DNA of 64,000 nucleotides from an uncultured delta proteobacterium (lineage in GTDB: Bacteria > Desulfobacterota > Binatia > UBA9968). Positions 1 through 9,502 of this stretch are shown here, piece after piece. The translations under genes and the position numbers were made by a program. The notes beneath the pieces are model-generated. The model ran no database searches. It saw only the letters and a list, made by a program, of their open reading frames with translations, and was not told where the DNA came from. Numbering within the stretch: position 1 is the stretch's first letter; the number at the start of each line of letters is the position of its first letter. The DNA is taken from NCBI GenBank assembly GCA_963771465.1, contig CAVYTU010000013.1, forward strand, positions 288,001 through 352,000. Reading direction: 5' to 3'.

Positions 1-2085
1 CGCCGCGTCGTCATAGCAGACCTTGTAGGCGTCCGGGACTGGATCGTAAATTTTTAGCGCATCGTCGCGCATTGCCTTGATGGCTTTTTCTTTGGTCGCG
101 GCATCATTGGCAGTGACTTGCTTGTTGTTGACGATGTAATAACGCTCGGGCGGCTGTTTCGGCGTTTCCCCTGCCGCTGCCGGCTCAGCCGGTGGAGCTT
201 TCTTCAACAACGCCACCGCGTGGCCAACGCCTTTGGTGGGCATGATCGCCATGTAGCCGACGGGTGTGAAACCAGCGCTTCGCAGCAGGCGAGTGGCGTA
301 GGTGGCGAGCACGTCGCAGTCGGATTTGAGACGCATCAGTGCGGGCTCGGCAGCAGGCAAGTGGCCGAGTTTGCCGGCCAAATCGGGCGTGACGTCGCCA
401 CGGTCGACGTGAAAGAAATAAATGTCGGCGATGTTCTCGTAGGCATCGGTGATTTTCTCGGGAGAATTTGGGAATTCGGCGGCGAGCGCTGCGCCGATAT
501 CTTCGGTCTCGGCGTCGAGCCATTTTTTTAGATCATTAAATTTCAGGCTGGAGGGCGCGGCGATTTCGATTTTGTGTTTTTTGCCGAGGTTGACGAGGAA
601 GTCGGTGTAATATTTCTGTTTGTAGCTGTAGACCCACGGCATATCCGCGGCCATGGTTAACGCGCGCGCTTGGCCGGCCGCATCTGCGAACTGTTTGCCG
701 CCGTAGCCAGGCTCGACGAAGTAGTCGCTGCTGAGAATTTCGAATAGGTAAGCCTTGTCGGTAGTCCACAGCCAGTCGGAGATTGCGACCCGTGAGCCCG
801 GCTCGAACACCAGGATTTCCGCCAACCCCTCGAGGTAATCGGCATCTTTTTTGTATTTGGCTAGCGTCGGCTCCAGCGCGGCGATCAGCTTGCTCTTGCC
901 CAGTAACCGCGCGTAATCGCCGGAACGATCCGTCAGCTTGTCCAGAAGCGGATGATCACCTGGAGTCGCTTCGCGTCCAGCGAAGAAGGTTGACACGAGT
1001 TTGATCTGCTCGGCGCTGGCGTTTTTCGGTGTCTGAGTGACGGTGTCGTAGATGAACTTCTTGTTCTCGTCGGGGAGCTTACCGGCTAGGTCGAGCGCTT
1101 CCGTGATGAAACCGGCCGCGGCAAGATCAGACGCGATCAGCCCGGCGCGAGCTTCGCGCTGGTCCGCCTTGGTCGATTCGAGAATCATCAGTGCCAGGTG
1201 ATAGGCGTCTCGGAATGCGATCTCCCACGCCTTTTGCTTGGTTTTGTCCGCCGGCTTGTCGATCAGCTCGGTCGTGTCTGGAGCTGGTTTGTGGGTGATC
1301 TCGTAGGCCAGTTCTTGCGCCGTAAAGGCGAAATCCTTGTTCCCTGGATCGGTCGAAGGGGCGGGCTTTTTTCCTTGCGCCCAAGTTTCGAGGCGCTGGC
1401 GTGCCCGCACTCGCTCGGCGGCAAGTTTTTTCTTCGCGGCTTCGTCATCATCTTTTTGCAACAGCGGACCGCTGTCGTTTTGCTGCACCGTATGAACCAG
1501 CTCATGGGCAAGCAATCGCTGACCTGAGCTCGTGTGCGGGGCGTACCGTCCCTGGCGCAAAAAAATATTCGAAGAAACGGTGAACGCGTGAGCTTGAATC
1601 GCAGCCGCGGCCGAATCAGCGGCATCATCGACATGCACGCGCACGTGGCCGAAGTCATGGCCAAAGCGTGGCTCGAAAAAACTTCGAGTCGTGGCATCCA
1701 ACGGCTGGCCGGGCGAAGACAGCGCGTCGCGCACAGTGGAAGGCGCCTGTTCTAACGTAGCGCTAGCTCCAACCGAGCGGCCTTGAACACTCGGCGTTTC
1801 CGCTAAAATTTGCGATTCCTTGCTGACCTGAGAATCCGACATTCCAATGACTTGGTTTGCCACGCGATCCGCATTCTGTTCGGACTCGTCACCTGATTTA
1901 TTGATACGCAACGTGGTTGGTAATGGCTTACCGAGTATTTTTTTGCTTTCGCATTGAGCGCATGCGCCGGTTAATCCCGCCGCGCCGCCGCAGGCGCATT
2001 TGCGTTGAAGCAGGGATCCGCGAGAGTCGCTCTCGCTCTGGGCCGGCTTGGTCATTGCGGTCTGTTCGGCGTGAGTACCACTCAT
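1..2085 (-). CDS. DUF4157 (eCIS core) domain protein with C-terminal transglutaminase/papain-like domain; 3' end outside the window
   Basis: Hand translation from the ATG at 2085 (ATGA overlap with the upstream stop) is open to base 1 (695 codons): MSGTHAEQ...LLQRKCACGG...SPGQPLDATTRSFFEPRFGHDFGHVRVH...AHAFTVSSNIF...GQRLLAHELVHTVQQ (DUF4157)...LKSDCDVLATYATRLL...GHAVALL...YYIVNNK. It is not in the ORF track because no stop falls inside the window. Confidence 0.9.
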   Translation of the reverse strand, partial: MSGTHAEQTAMTKPAQSESDSRGSLLQRKCACGGAAGLTGACAQCESKKILGKPLPTTLRINKSGDESEQNADRVANQVIGMSDSQVSKESQILAETPSVQGRSVGASATLEQAPSTVRDALSSPGQPLDATTRSFFEPRFGHDFGHVRVHVDDAADSAAAAIQAHAFTVSSNIFLRQGRYAPHTSSGQRLLAHELVHTVQQNDSGPLLQKDDDEAAKKKLAAERVRARQRLETWAQGKKPAPSTDPGNKDFAFTAQELAYEITHKPAPDTTELIDKPADKTKQKAWEIAFRDAYHLALMILESTKADQREARAGLIASDLAAAGFITEALDLAGKLPDENKKFIYDTVTQTPKNASAEQIKLVSTFFAGREATPGDHPLLDKLTDRSGDYARLLGKSKLIAALEPTLAKYKKDADYLEGLAEILVFEPGSRVAISDWLWTTDKAYLFEILSSDYFVEPGYGGKQFADAAGQARALTMAADMPWVYSYKQKYYTDFLVNLGKKHKIEIAAPSSLKFNDLKKWLDAETEDIGAALAAEFPNSPEKITDAYENIADIYFFHVDRGDVTPDLAGKLGHLPAAEPALMRLKSDCDVLATYATRLLRSAGFTPVGYMAIMPTKGVGHAVALLKKAPPAEPAAAGETPKQPPERYYIVNNKQVTANDAATKEKAIKAMRDDALKIYDPVPDAYKVCYDDAA

Positions 2086-2336
2086 TTGAGCAATCCTTTA
2101 CCGATGGCGCGGCCCGTCTCGGCGCCGATATGGCGCGGTTTCGGATTCGCTTCGACGCTAAACGCATCGACGCTCAAGTGCGGCACGTGTCCGAGGTTGG
2201 TTAATCGTGCCGCCGTCTCCGGTGTGGCCAACAGCCGCGCCAATTCATCTTGCAGCGCGGCGGCGATGGCATGGCGGTCTTCGTAGCGGAATCCCTTGAG
2301 CACCAACCGTTCGATGTCGACGCGCACTTGTTTCAT
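2082..2336 (-). CDS. small conserved eCIS-associated protein
   Basis: MKQVRVDIERLVLKGF...IAAALQDELARLL; ATGA overlaps on both sides inside the eCIS operon. Confidence 0.75.
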   Translation of the reverse strand: MKQVRVDIERLVLKGFRYEDRHAIAAALQDELARLLATPETAARLTNLGHVPHLSVDAFSVEANPKPRHIGAETGRAIGKGLLK

Positions 2337-4261
2337 ACCCATCCCCGTGTTTCCGCTTCCGAAATCGCTCGGTCGCGTTTGGCGGCTTCGCCATGCGCCG
2401 CTTGCAACAGATGGCTCATGGCGATCGCCGCGCCGTCGTCGGCCGCAAGAAATGCGGCGTGGAGCGCGATGTTGCGGATGTTGCCGCCTGCCACGCTCAA
2501 CTTGGCGAGCTTCGCATAATCGATGTCATCGATCGGCATGGCCGGTGGAAAAATGGCTCGCCAGATCGCTTCGCGCCCTTGCTGATCGGGAAAGGGAAAC
2601 TGCACGACGAAACGCAAGCGCCGTTGAAATGCGCTGTCGAGGGCAGACTTCATATTGGTGGTTAGGATCGCCAGGCCGCGATAGGCTTCCATGCGCTGGA
2701 GCAGATAGCTCACTTCGATATTGGCGTAACGGTCGTGGCTATCGCGCACTTCGCTGCGTTTGCCGAATAACGCATCGGCCTCATCGAAAAGCAGCATCGC
2801 GCCGCTGTCCTCGGCCGCGTCGAACACTTTGCCGAGATTTTTCTCCGTTTCACCGATGTATTTGCTCACTACCGCCGACAGATCGATGCGGTAAAGATCG
2901 AGATGAAGGTCGTTGGCCAAAACTTCGGCTGCCATGGTCTTGCCGGTGCCGCTCTCGCCGGCAAAGAGTGCGCTGATGCCAAGGCCGCGCGCGCCTTTAT
3001 CGGCAAAGCCCCATTTTTGATAAACCGTCAGCCGGTGTTTCACCTGGGCGCCGATTTGGCGCAAAATTATTTTTTGCGCTTCGGGTAAGATTAGATCGTC
3101 CCACACCGCAGCCGGTTCGAGACGTTGCGCGAGATCATCTAATGTCGTCCGGCTAGCGCTTCGACAAGCGCGCCACAGCAGTGCATCGGGACGTTCGCTG
3201 GGGGCAACTGCAGCGCGAAACTCTTTCCCGGTGGCAAAAATCGTCTGCGCACTCAAGCGAAACTGCGTCGCAACTCCGTCCAACGAGCCGTTCAAACCAA
3301 CCGCGGCGGCGCCGAGAGCTTGTTCCCACAGTTGTTTTTGTTCACCCGCATCCGGCTTATTGACGCGAAAGCGCAGATTCTCGCGACTAAGCGGCACCGG
3401 CTCCCGGCTGGCGATGAAAATCATCGTGCCGACACGATCAGCGAGTTCGCTGACCGATTTCGGAACTTCGGGATTTTTACATTCGACCAGCAAAACGGCG
3501 CCGAGCAGCGCCGCCTCACGTTGCCACAACACGGCGAAGGCGTCGATTTCGGCGCTAGTCGACGGCAAGTCTTCGGCGCGCACACGCAGCAGCCGCACTC
3601 CTAACTGAGCGGCGACCGCCGCCGCGACATCGCCTTGGCCATCGAGATCATCGCCATGCAAAAGCATGATTGCCGCTCGCTCTGACCTGACGTTCAACGC
3701 TGCGAGCAGCGCTTGGGAAACTTTGCGATGGCCATCGGCCATCGTTGCCGGTGTGGCGGCGGGCCGCAGCAGCGGCTGCAAACGGCGATCGAGATAATTG
3801 ATTCCGGCGAGGTAGTGAAGCACGCGCTCATCGATGCGCAGGCGCGCGGTGCTAAGACCACTGCCGTCGTCCAATTCGATGATCCGCCACCGGCGCAGCG
3901 CTGCCACCGGTGTAAGCGCACTCCAGTGCGGCTCGTCGAGTACGGCGAGTGCCAAGCCAAATGACGCGAATGGACGATGGGGAACACCTTGAACGTCGGC
4001 ACAACGGCGCGCCAGCTCAGCGTCCATTTCCACACCGGCGCACAGCAGCAGCACTTCGCGCTCGAACACGCTCAGGCCAAATAGATTTGTTAAAACATCG
4101 ATGGGCGCCGGTTCGGTCAATGCGGCGCGGCTTGCTGCGACGGCGGCCGCGAGAATGTCATCGACTTCTCCTCTCAGCCGCTGCTTGAGCCGGCCAAACT
4201 CCGCGACCAAGTAGCGCTGGTTGGTTTCCAGCGCCGAACTCTGAGAGATATTTTGCTTCAT
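2333..4261 (-). CDS. eCIS AAA+ ATPase (Afp15/Pvc15-like)
   Basis: Walker A GESGTGKT, Walker B LLFDEAD, SKYIGETEKNL, DRYANIEVSYLLQRME; start placed at MKQNIS (4261), overlapping the upstream stop. Confidence 0.92.
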   Translation of the reverse strand: MKQNISQSSALETNQRYLVAEFGRLKQRLRGEVDDILAAAVAASRAALTEPAPIDVLTNLFGLSVFEREVLLLCAGVEMDAELARRCADVQGVPHRPFASFGLALAVLDEPHWSALTPVAALRRWRIIELDDGSGLSTARLRIDERVLHYLAGINYLDRRLQPLLRPAATPATMADGHRKVSQALLAALNVRSERAAIMLLHGDDLDGQGDVAAAVAAQLGVRLLRVRAEDLPSTSAEIDAFAVLWQREAALLGAVLLVECKNPEVPKSVSELADRVGTMIFIASREPVPLSRENLRFRVNKPDAGEQKQLWEQALGAAAVGLNGSLDGVATQFRLSAQTIFATGKEFRAAVAPSERPDALLWRACRSASRTTLDDLAQRLEPAAVWDDLILPEAQKIILRQIGAQVKHRLTVYQKWGFADKGARGLGISALFAGESGTGKTMAAEVLANDLHLDLYRIDLSAVVSKYIGETEKNLGKVFDAAEDSGAMLLFDEADALFGKRSEVRDSHDRYANIEVSYLLQRMEAYRGLAILTTNMKSALDSAFQRRLRFVVQFPFPDQQGREAIWRAIFPPAMPIDDIDYAKLAKLSVAGGNIRNIALHAAFLAADDGAAIAMSHLLQAAHGEAAKRDRAISEAETRGWV

Positions 4262-5556
4262 GTGATGGTAATCCGCTGATCGAAAAAAACCGGCGGCGTC
4301 GCCGCGTGATCGACCAGCGCGCTTTCGATACCGTCCACCCGCAAACGCACCAGATGATCGCCCACAGGCGCCAAGGCAACGACGAAGGTGAGCGTGCCGG
4401 TTGCTACGGTGAACGGTTGGGCGACGACTTCGCGGGCGCCGAGAATTAGCGATACCCGTTGTCCCGGTCTCACTTGCGGCTGACAATCGAGTATGATTGT
4501 CGCAGCGCCGCCGACGTCGCGCGCGACGCTGATCGGCAGCGCCGTGGTGATTTGCGGACCGATAACCAAAGCCAACTGATTGCTCGTGCGCGGGTCGGTT
4601 TCACCGGGACGGACCAGCGATACCGCCAATTGATAGATTCCCGCCGGTACATCGGGCACCGCGGCTTGCATGCTCGTACTGGAGCCGCCGGCGGCGGCAG
4701 CCACGGGCTGCTCGATTTGAAATCGCGAATTGGCGAAGGTGACGGTACGATTGCCACCGTCGAGATGATGCCCCGTGATTTCGATGGTTCCGCCCACTGC
4801 TGCGGCGGGCTGCAAATTGGTCGGCACGACACTCTGGATTGTCGGAAATGGCGACAATAAGTTTGCTGCGCTGATGATGCCGCGATCGCGCCCCGTGACT
4901 GGATCCACCGGCCCGCGGCTCAGCACCGGCAGCGGCGCGCGCGTCGGCCGGATCGCTTCGATCAAGACCACGGTAGCCATATAGGCCGCGGTGGGCCGGT
5001 AGTGCGATTGCACCGCGGTCCAAAGTTTCGACATCTCTTCGGTGCTCAGATACTCCGGCGTGATCTTGATCTGCTCCAACTGATCGGCGAGACCGCACTC
5101 GGCCAGAGCGCGCAGCGCCGGCGGCAAAGTCGTGCCGACAGGCGGGGAGGGGTTGAGCGCATTGCTGATCGCGGCGCGGCTGAGCACCGGCATCTCGTGG
5201 AGTAACTGCATGGCGTAGCCCAAAAGAATTTCCGTGTGCAGGCTCTCGGCGCCGTAGGCGCTCAACAGATAATGTAGATCGAGCGCCAGCGGCGGATTGC
5301 TGAGCCGGCTGCGGCCGGAACTATCGCGCGACGGCAAGCGCTCGTTGCGCCAGCCGGCATTGGGAGTCACTTGATGCAGGAATAGATTCAACTGGGAATT
5401 TTCAGTGCCATTGCTCGGTGCCAGCCGATCGGGCGGTAGCGCGCTCACGGTCACTGTGCTGCCGAGCACGCCGCTGACGTTGTGGTTGATCAACCCATCG
5501 TTGAGCAGATCGCGCAGCACGGCTGTGACTCCGGCAATGGCAAGGGCGCTGCTCAC
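4258..5556 (-). CDS. DUF4255 / Pvc16-like eCIS protein with C-terminal Ig-like (IPT/TIG) extension
   Basis: MSSALAIAGVTAVLRDLL...LNLFLHQVTPN...PPLALDLHYLLSAYG...EEMSKLWTA...YRPTAAY; beta-rich C-terminal part. Confidence 0.88.
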   Translation of the reverse strand: MSSALAIAGVTAVLRDLLNDGLINHNVSGVLGSTVTVSALPPDRLAPSNGTENSQLNLFLHQVTPNAGWRNERLPSRDSSGRSRLSNPPLALDLHYLLSAYGAESLHTEILLGYAMQLLHEMPVLSRAAISNALNPSPPVGTTLPPALRALAECGLADQLEQIKITPEYLSTEEMSKLWTAVQSHYRPTAAYMATVVLIEAIRPTRAPLPVLSRGPVDPVTGRDRGIISAANLLSPFPTIQSVVPTNLQPAAAVGGTIEITGHHLDGGNRTVTFANSRFQIEQPVAAAAGGSSTSMQAAVPDVPAGIYQLAVSLVRPGETDPRTSNQLALVIGPQITTALPISVARDVGGAATIILDCQPQVRPGQRVSLILGAREVVAQPFTVATGTLTFVVALAPVGDHLVRLRVDGIESALVDHAATPPVFFDQRITIT

Positions 5557-6299
5557 CGCTCCCTCCCATGGCGCCGCGCCAGATAATCGTCGAGCGACAA
5601 GTTTGGTTGGCGCGCCGGCGCCGCGCGTTTTGGCGGCGCCGCCTGTACCAGCGCGGTCACTTCGATCCGGCCGATGGTTACTTGCACCGGCGCATCGGCG
5701 ACGGGCCGCGCTCGTTCGTCAATGCGGTCGTTACGGGTTGACAGCGACAGAGGCGCCGTCAGTTTGATCTGACGTTCAGCCGGCACATCCATGGTTAAAT
5801 TTTTCCGGGGCGGCGCCGGCTCACTGTTCGCCCTCGTCGGCCAGAGTGGCGCTGCATTGCGCAACGGAGCGCTACTTTCGAGCTTGGGCGCATCGAAGGA
5901 TTGAATTTTCCCAGGCTCGTGGATCGGTGAAATTGCCGCGGCCATCGACGGTGAAGCCGCCACATTTCTAGGCGCGGGTTGAGTTCGCTCGGAGTCTATC
6001 TTCACCGGCTCTACGCCGAATCGCGTGCCGTCCTCAAGCGCTGGCGTTTGAGTTTCCACGCGGCGCGGCTCTGCCATGCGCGGGTGCTCTAGACGCGGCG
6101 CATCGGCGATCGATGGACGCACCGGCGAGGTTGCGACTTTTTCATCAAGACGGGGCAACGGTTGGGGCACAAAGTCATCGACCAGCGCCGGCGCTTGCGA
6201 CTCATGCGCCATCGGTGCGAAGAGCGGCTTGATGCGCGGCTCGATGGTTTCAATCCGGCTGAGCTGACGCTCTGCAAGTCTGGTCAGAAAATCGCTCAT
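5553..6299 (-). CDS. Pro/Ala-rich eCIS-associated hypothetical protein
   Basis: Conserved-looking ends (MSDFLTRLAER; VQVTIGRIEVTA...LSLDDYLARR) around a low-complexity linker; overlaps both neighbours. Confidence 0.75.
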   Translation of the reverse strand: MSDFLTRLAERQLSRIETIEPRIKPLFAPMAHESQAPALVDDFVPQPLPRLDEKVATSPVRPSIADAPRLEHPRMAEPRRVETQTPALEDGTRFGVEPVKIDSERTQPAPRNVAASPSMAAAISPIHEPGKIQSFDAPKLESSAPLRNAAPLWPTRANSEPAPPRKNLTMDVPAERQIKLTAPLSLSTRNDRIDERARPVADAPVQVTIGRIEVTALVQAAPPKRAAPARQPNLSLDDYLARRHGRER

Positions 6300-7027
6300 G
6301 CCATTGCCATCTGCACGTAGAGTCCTCGGCGCGCGTCGCTCATGGCGAGGATCTCGGCTTCACGCCAACCGTAAGCGCGCGCCAGCGCGTCGATCTCCTG
6401 CAATAAGCGGCGCGCCCGCGTGCGAATCTCGGCCCAGAGAAAATCAATTACTTCCAAGACGCCTTGCCACGCGCCGCCGCAGGCGGGACAAGTGAGTTCT
6501 ACGAGCACCTCAGCCTGGGGATCGAGGAGCGCTATTTCGGCGGCGATTGCCGCTTGTGTCCGCTCCGGTAGGGTGGCGACAGGCCCATCGACTACAGCTG
6601 CCGGCACCGCGCAACGGCTTAACAGTGTATTTTTTGCCGCCTCGACGGTTGCGCCGGCCGTTGCCGCCGCCGCATCGCGGCTAGTTGGCGCTCGGAGAGA
6701 AAATAAAATGCCGTCGATCTCGACGGTCTTGGTCGGCAGTTGCCGCACTGGACCGTCATGGAGGAACGCGCCGCAGGAAAGCGAAAACTCCAATCGTTCG
6801 TGACACGCGGGACACTGTGTGAACGCTTCCAGCGCATCGCCGAAACTGCCGCGGTAGAGTTCGAACAAGCGCCGATCGCGCTGGCCAAGGCTCAAGTCCA
6901 GCAGCGTCTCATGATTGTGCTCGGGGCAGCAGTGACCCAGCACGAGCAGCGCCCGGTCGAGCGCAGACAAGTGGCATCCTTGCTCCCAAACGTCGAGTGT
7001 CATGGCGGGCGACAGGGTGTGCATCAT
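6296..7027 (-). CDS. T4-like baseplate / tail assembly protein with two CxxC motifs
   Basis: LSLGQRDRRL, CPAC twice, LLQEIDALARAYGWREAEILAMSDARRGLY; directly follows the tube gene. Confidence 0.8.
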   Translation of the reverse strand: MMHTLSPAMTLDVWEQGCHLSALDRALLVLGHCCPEHNHETLLDLSLGQRDRRLFELYRGSFGDALEAFTQCPACHERLEFSLSCGAFLHDGPVRQLPTKTVEIDGILFSLRAPTSRDAAAATAGATVEAAKNTLLSRCAVPAAVVDGPVATLPERTQAAIAAEIALLDPQAEVLVELTCPACGGAWQGVLEVIDFLWAEIRTRARRLLQEIDALARAYGWREAEILAMSDARRGLYVQMAMA

Positions 7028-7042
7028 CGCGGCTCACGGCGC

Positions 7043-7564
7043 TCACGGTTCGACGAAACTCGGCTCCGTCGGCTCGGCCACGGCGTAGTCTCGCTCCCAA
7101 CCTTCGTTCTCAAGCTTGATGGTTTGAATCGCGACCGCGTTGGCGTTGGCATCAAGATCGGGTTGCGCCTGGAACTCGGAAACCCAACAGCGGTAGATCT
7201 TGTAGGCGATCGCCAGCTGTCCGGCCTCGTTGTACATCTCGATGATGATGTCCTTGCGAAAATCTTTGAGCGAAACTTCCGCGCCCAGACCGGACCCGAA
7301 GTTCCACACTTTATTCGCCCAGCCTTCAAACTCCTTGTCATGGGTGACGCCGCGCTCCAACGTGATCGCCTCGTACTTGGTCCGGCCCGGAGACTTTCGC
7401 CCGCTGCTGGGATCGCCGCCTTCGCGGTGCTCGACGACTTCCGTTGTACGCTTCAAGGCGCCGACCTTGCTGATCCCGGCAACGTACCGGCCATCCCACT
7501 TGACGCGAAATTTGAAATTCTTATAAGGATCGAATCGCTGCGCATTGACGCTGAATTGAGCCAT
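7043..7564 (-). CDS. eCIS tail tube protein (T4 gp19 family)
   Basis: RFDPYKNFKFRV, GRTKYEAITLERGVT, RKDIIIEMYNEAG, DLDANANAVAIQTIKLENEG. Confidence 0.95.
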   Translation of the reverse strand: MAQFSVNAQRFDPYKNFKFRVKWDGRYVAGISKVGALKRTTEVVEHREGGDPSSGRKSPGRTKYEAITLERGVTHDKEFEGWANKVWNFGSGLGAEVSLKDFRKDIIIEMYNEAGQLAIAYKIYRCWVSEFQAQPDLDANANAVAIQTIKLENEGWERDYAVAEPTEPSFVEP

Positions 7565-7576
7565 TTGCCTGCCTCC

Positions 7577-9187
7577 TTATGTCGCAATCTGCCCGGCCAT
7601 TTGCTGGAGTTTGATGATGACGAACTCGGCCGGCTTGAGCGGGGCAAAGCCGACAACGATGTTGACGATGCCTAGGTTGATATCGTTCTGGGTCGTGGTT
7701 TCCTTGTCGCACTTGACGAAGTAGGCTTCCGCGGGAGTTTTTCCCTGAAAGGCGCCTTGGCGGAAAAGGTTTTGCATGAAGGCGCCGATGTTGAGACGAA
7801 TCTGCGCCCACAGCGGCTCGTCGTTGGGCTCGAAAACGACCCACTGGGTGCCGCGGTAAAGACTTTCCTCGATGAACAGCGCCACTCGCCGCACCGGCAG
7901 ATATTTGTATTCGTCCGCCGCGACATCCGCGCCTCTCAGCGTGCGCGATCCCCACACGACGCGGCCGTAAACCGGAAACGCGCGCAAGCAGTTGATGCCG
8001 AGCGGATTGAGTAAGCCGTTTTCCGCATCAGTCATTTCTACTTGCAAGCCGGCCACGCCGGTGAGTGCCGCATCGATGCCGGCCGGTGCTTTCCACACGC
8101 CTCTTTGCGAGTCGGTGCGCGCCATCACGCCGGCGATCATGCCGCAAGGTACGAAGGTGTCGATCTGACCGCCGAGCTGCGGGTCGGCTTGCTTGATGCG
8201 GGGAAAATAGATCGCGGCGTTGCGCGCTGTGTCCCCGGTAAGATTCATTGTGCCCACGCCGGACTGCGCCGCGCTGACAGACGCCCAACCATTTTTCGAA
8301 TCGACAATCAGTATCGCCCGCCGTTTGGCGCAGTAACTCATCGCCTCCTGATACACGTCGTCCGGCACGTCGCCGTCACGCGCGCTCGGTAGAATGCAAA
8401 GGAGATTGAAAAGATCGCTCTTTTCCAGCTGATACAAACCAGTCTTCGCCGACGGACTACCTTTGTATGCGGCCGAATCGAGCGCGGCGCTATCGACTGC
8501 TTCATCGGCGGGAGCGGCATTTTTTGCCGCCGTCGATTTGGTAGCATTGGTCCAGACATCGGCGTCGGTGAGCGCGCCGCCATGGGCCGTCGGCGATGTA
8601 TTGGACGGCAGCATTACGCTGGCGGCGACTCGCGCCAGACTCGATTCGGCTTTGAGCAACCGGTCGGCGCGTCGCGCGCTCTCTTTGGTGGTCAGATTGA
8701 GAAAGGTTTCGACCGCGCCGCTGCCGCCGTCGCGAAGCGTCAGATCGAAAAGGTCGGCGGGCTGAACTCCCAGCCGCGCCGCGACCGCAATCAAGTTGGG
8801 ATCGGTGCCGGCTTTCTTGTCAACCCGGGCGCGGACTTGCATGCCCCAGGCGCCTTCCGAGGCCGCTTCCAAGGCCAGATTGGTCACCTCATAGACCGCT
8901 CTGGCGGCTTTACCCGCCACCGATTTGTAAAGGCGGACGATTACCGCCTGGGCGCCGCCGTTGATAAAGAAGTCGCGCACCGCATAGCTCAGCGGGAAGT
9001 CGCGATGTAGCCCGCCGAAGATTCGTTCAAAGTCGCCGAAGCTGGTGATCGTGGTCGGCTGATCCGTTGGTCCGCGTAGCGCCGAACCGAGGAGAGCGGT
9101 GATCGATGTGGCCACGCCCGTGATCGTGCGCACGCCGCTGGGAATCTCTTCGATGTAAACGCCCGGGTAAGTTGCTGCGACTGGCAT
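7577..9187 (-). CDS. contractile tail sheath protein
   Basis: YPGVYIEEIPSGVRTITGVATS, RGVWKAPAG, VVWGSRTL, WVVFEPNDEPLW, YFVKCDKETT, GFAPLKPAEF; RBS GGAGG before the ATG at 9187. Confidence 0.96.
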   Translation of the reverse strand: MPVAATYPGVYIEEIPSGVRTITGVATSITALLGSALRGPTDQPTTITSFGDFERIFGGLHRDFPLSYAVRDFFINGGAQAVIVRLYKSVAGKAARAVYEVTNLALEAASEGAWGMQVRARVDKKAGTDPNLIAVAARLGVQPADLFDLTLRDGGSGAVETFLNLTTKESARRADRLLKAESSLARVAASVMLPSNTSPTAHGGALTDADVWTNATKSTAAKNAAPADEAVDSAALDSAAYKGSPSAKTGLYQLEKSDLFNLLCILPSARDGDVPDDVYQEAMSYCAKRRAILIVDSKNGWASVSAAQSGVGTMNLTGDTARNAAIYFPRIKQADPQLGGQIDTFVPCGMIAGVMARTDSQRGVWKAPAGIDAALTGVAGLQVEMTDAENGLLNPLGINCLRAFPVYGRVVWGSRTLRGADVAADEYKYLPVRRVALFIEESLYRGTQWVVFEPNDEPLWAQIRLNIGAFMQNLFRQGAFQGKTPAEAYFVKCDKETTTQNDINLGIVNIVVGFAPLKPAEFVIIKLQQMAGQIAT

Positions 9188-9217
9188 GATACCTCCTTCA
9201 GTCAATCGAGGTAAATT

Positions 9218-9502
9218 TTATGAAGCGCTGAGAAATTCTCGAATTTCATCGGCACGATCTTTATTGACGCCGAATAAGGTCACCGCGGCGCCGGCAGATT
9301 TTTTCGTGAGCCAATGCTTTTGCTCGGACAAATATTCCAGAGCGTCGTGAACCTTATTGCGACTTTGCTGCGCGGTTTGTGCCGACAGCCAAAATTTATG
9401 GATGCCGTCCAACGTGTCTTTCGCGTCGGGATGTCTAACCACATGGATGAGTATTTCGCGGATCAGCAATGAAGACTCATCGCGTGATGCGTCGCTATTC
9501 AA
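9218..9502 (-). CDS. small putative winged-helix protein
   Basis: REILIHVVRHPDAKDTLDGIHKFWL...VHDALEYL; first gene upstream of the sheath. Confidence 0.7.
   Translation of the reverse strand: MNSDASRDESSLLIREILIHVVRHPDAKDTLDGIHKFWLSAQTAQQSRNKVHDALEYLSEQKHWLTKKSAGAAVTLFGVNKDRADEIREFLSAS

Noticed and set aside
118-2286. Short ORFs listed in the track over 118-2286 (other than the 2082 gene)
   Set aside because: Shadow frames of the long DUF4157 gene on the minus strand
4262-4486. N-terminal extension of the ATPase ORF (likewise 33543-33629, 38531-38698, 41478-41579)
   Set aside because: These overlap neighbouring genes or repeats, or lack family similarity; downstream starts fit better
2082-9205. 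Prophage tail or type VI secretion system
   Set aside because: No capsid, terminase, integrase or TssJLM/ClpV; DUF4255, Afp15-like ATPase and DUF4157 point to eCIS
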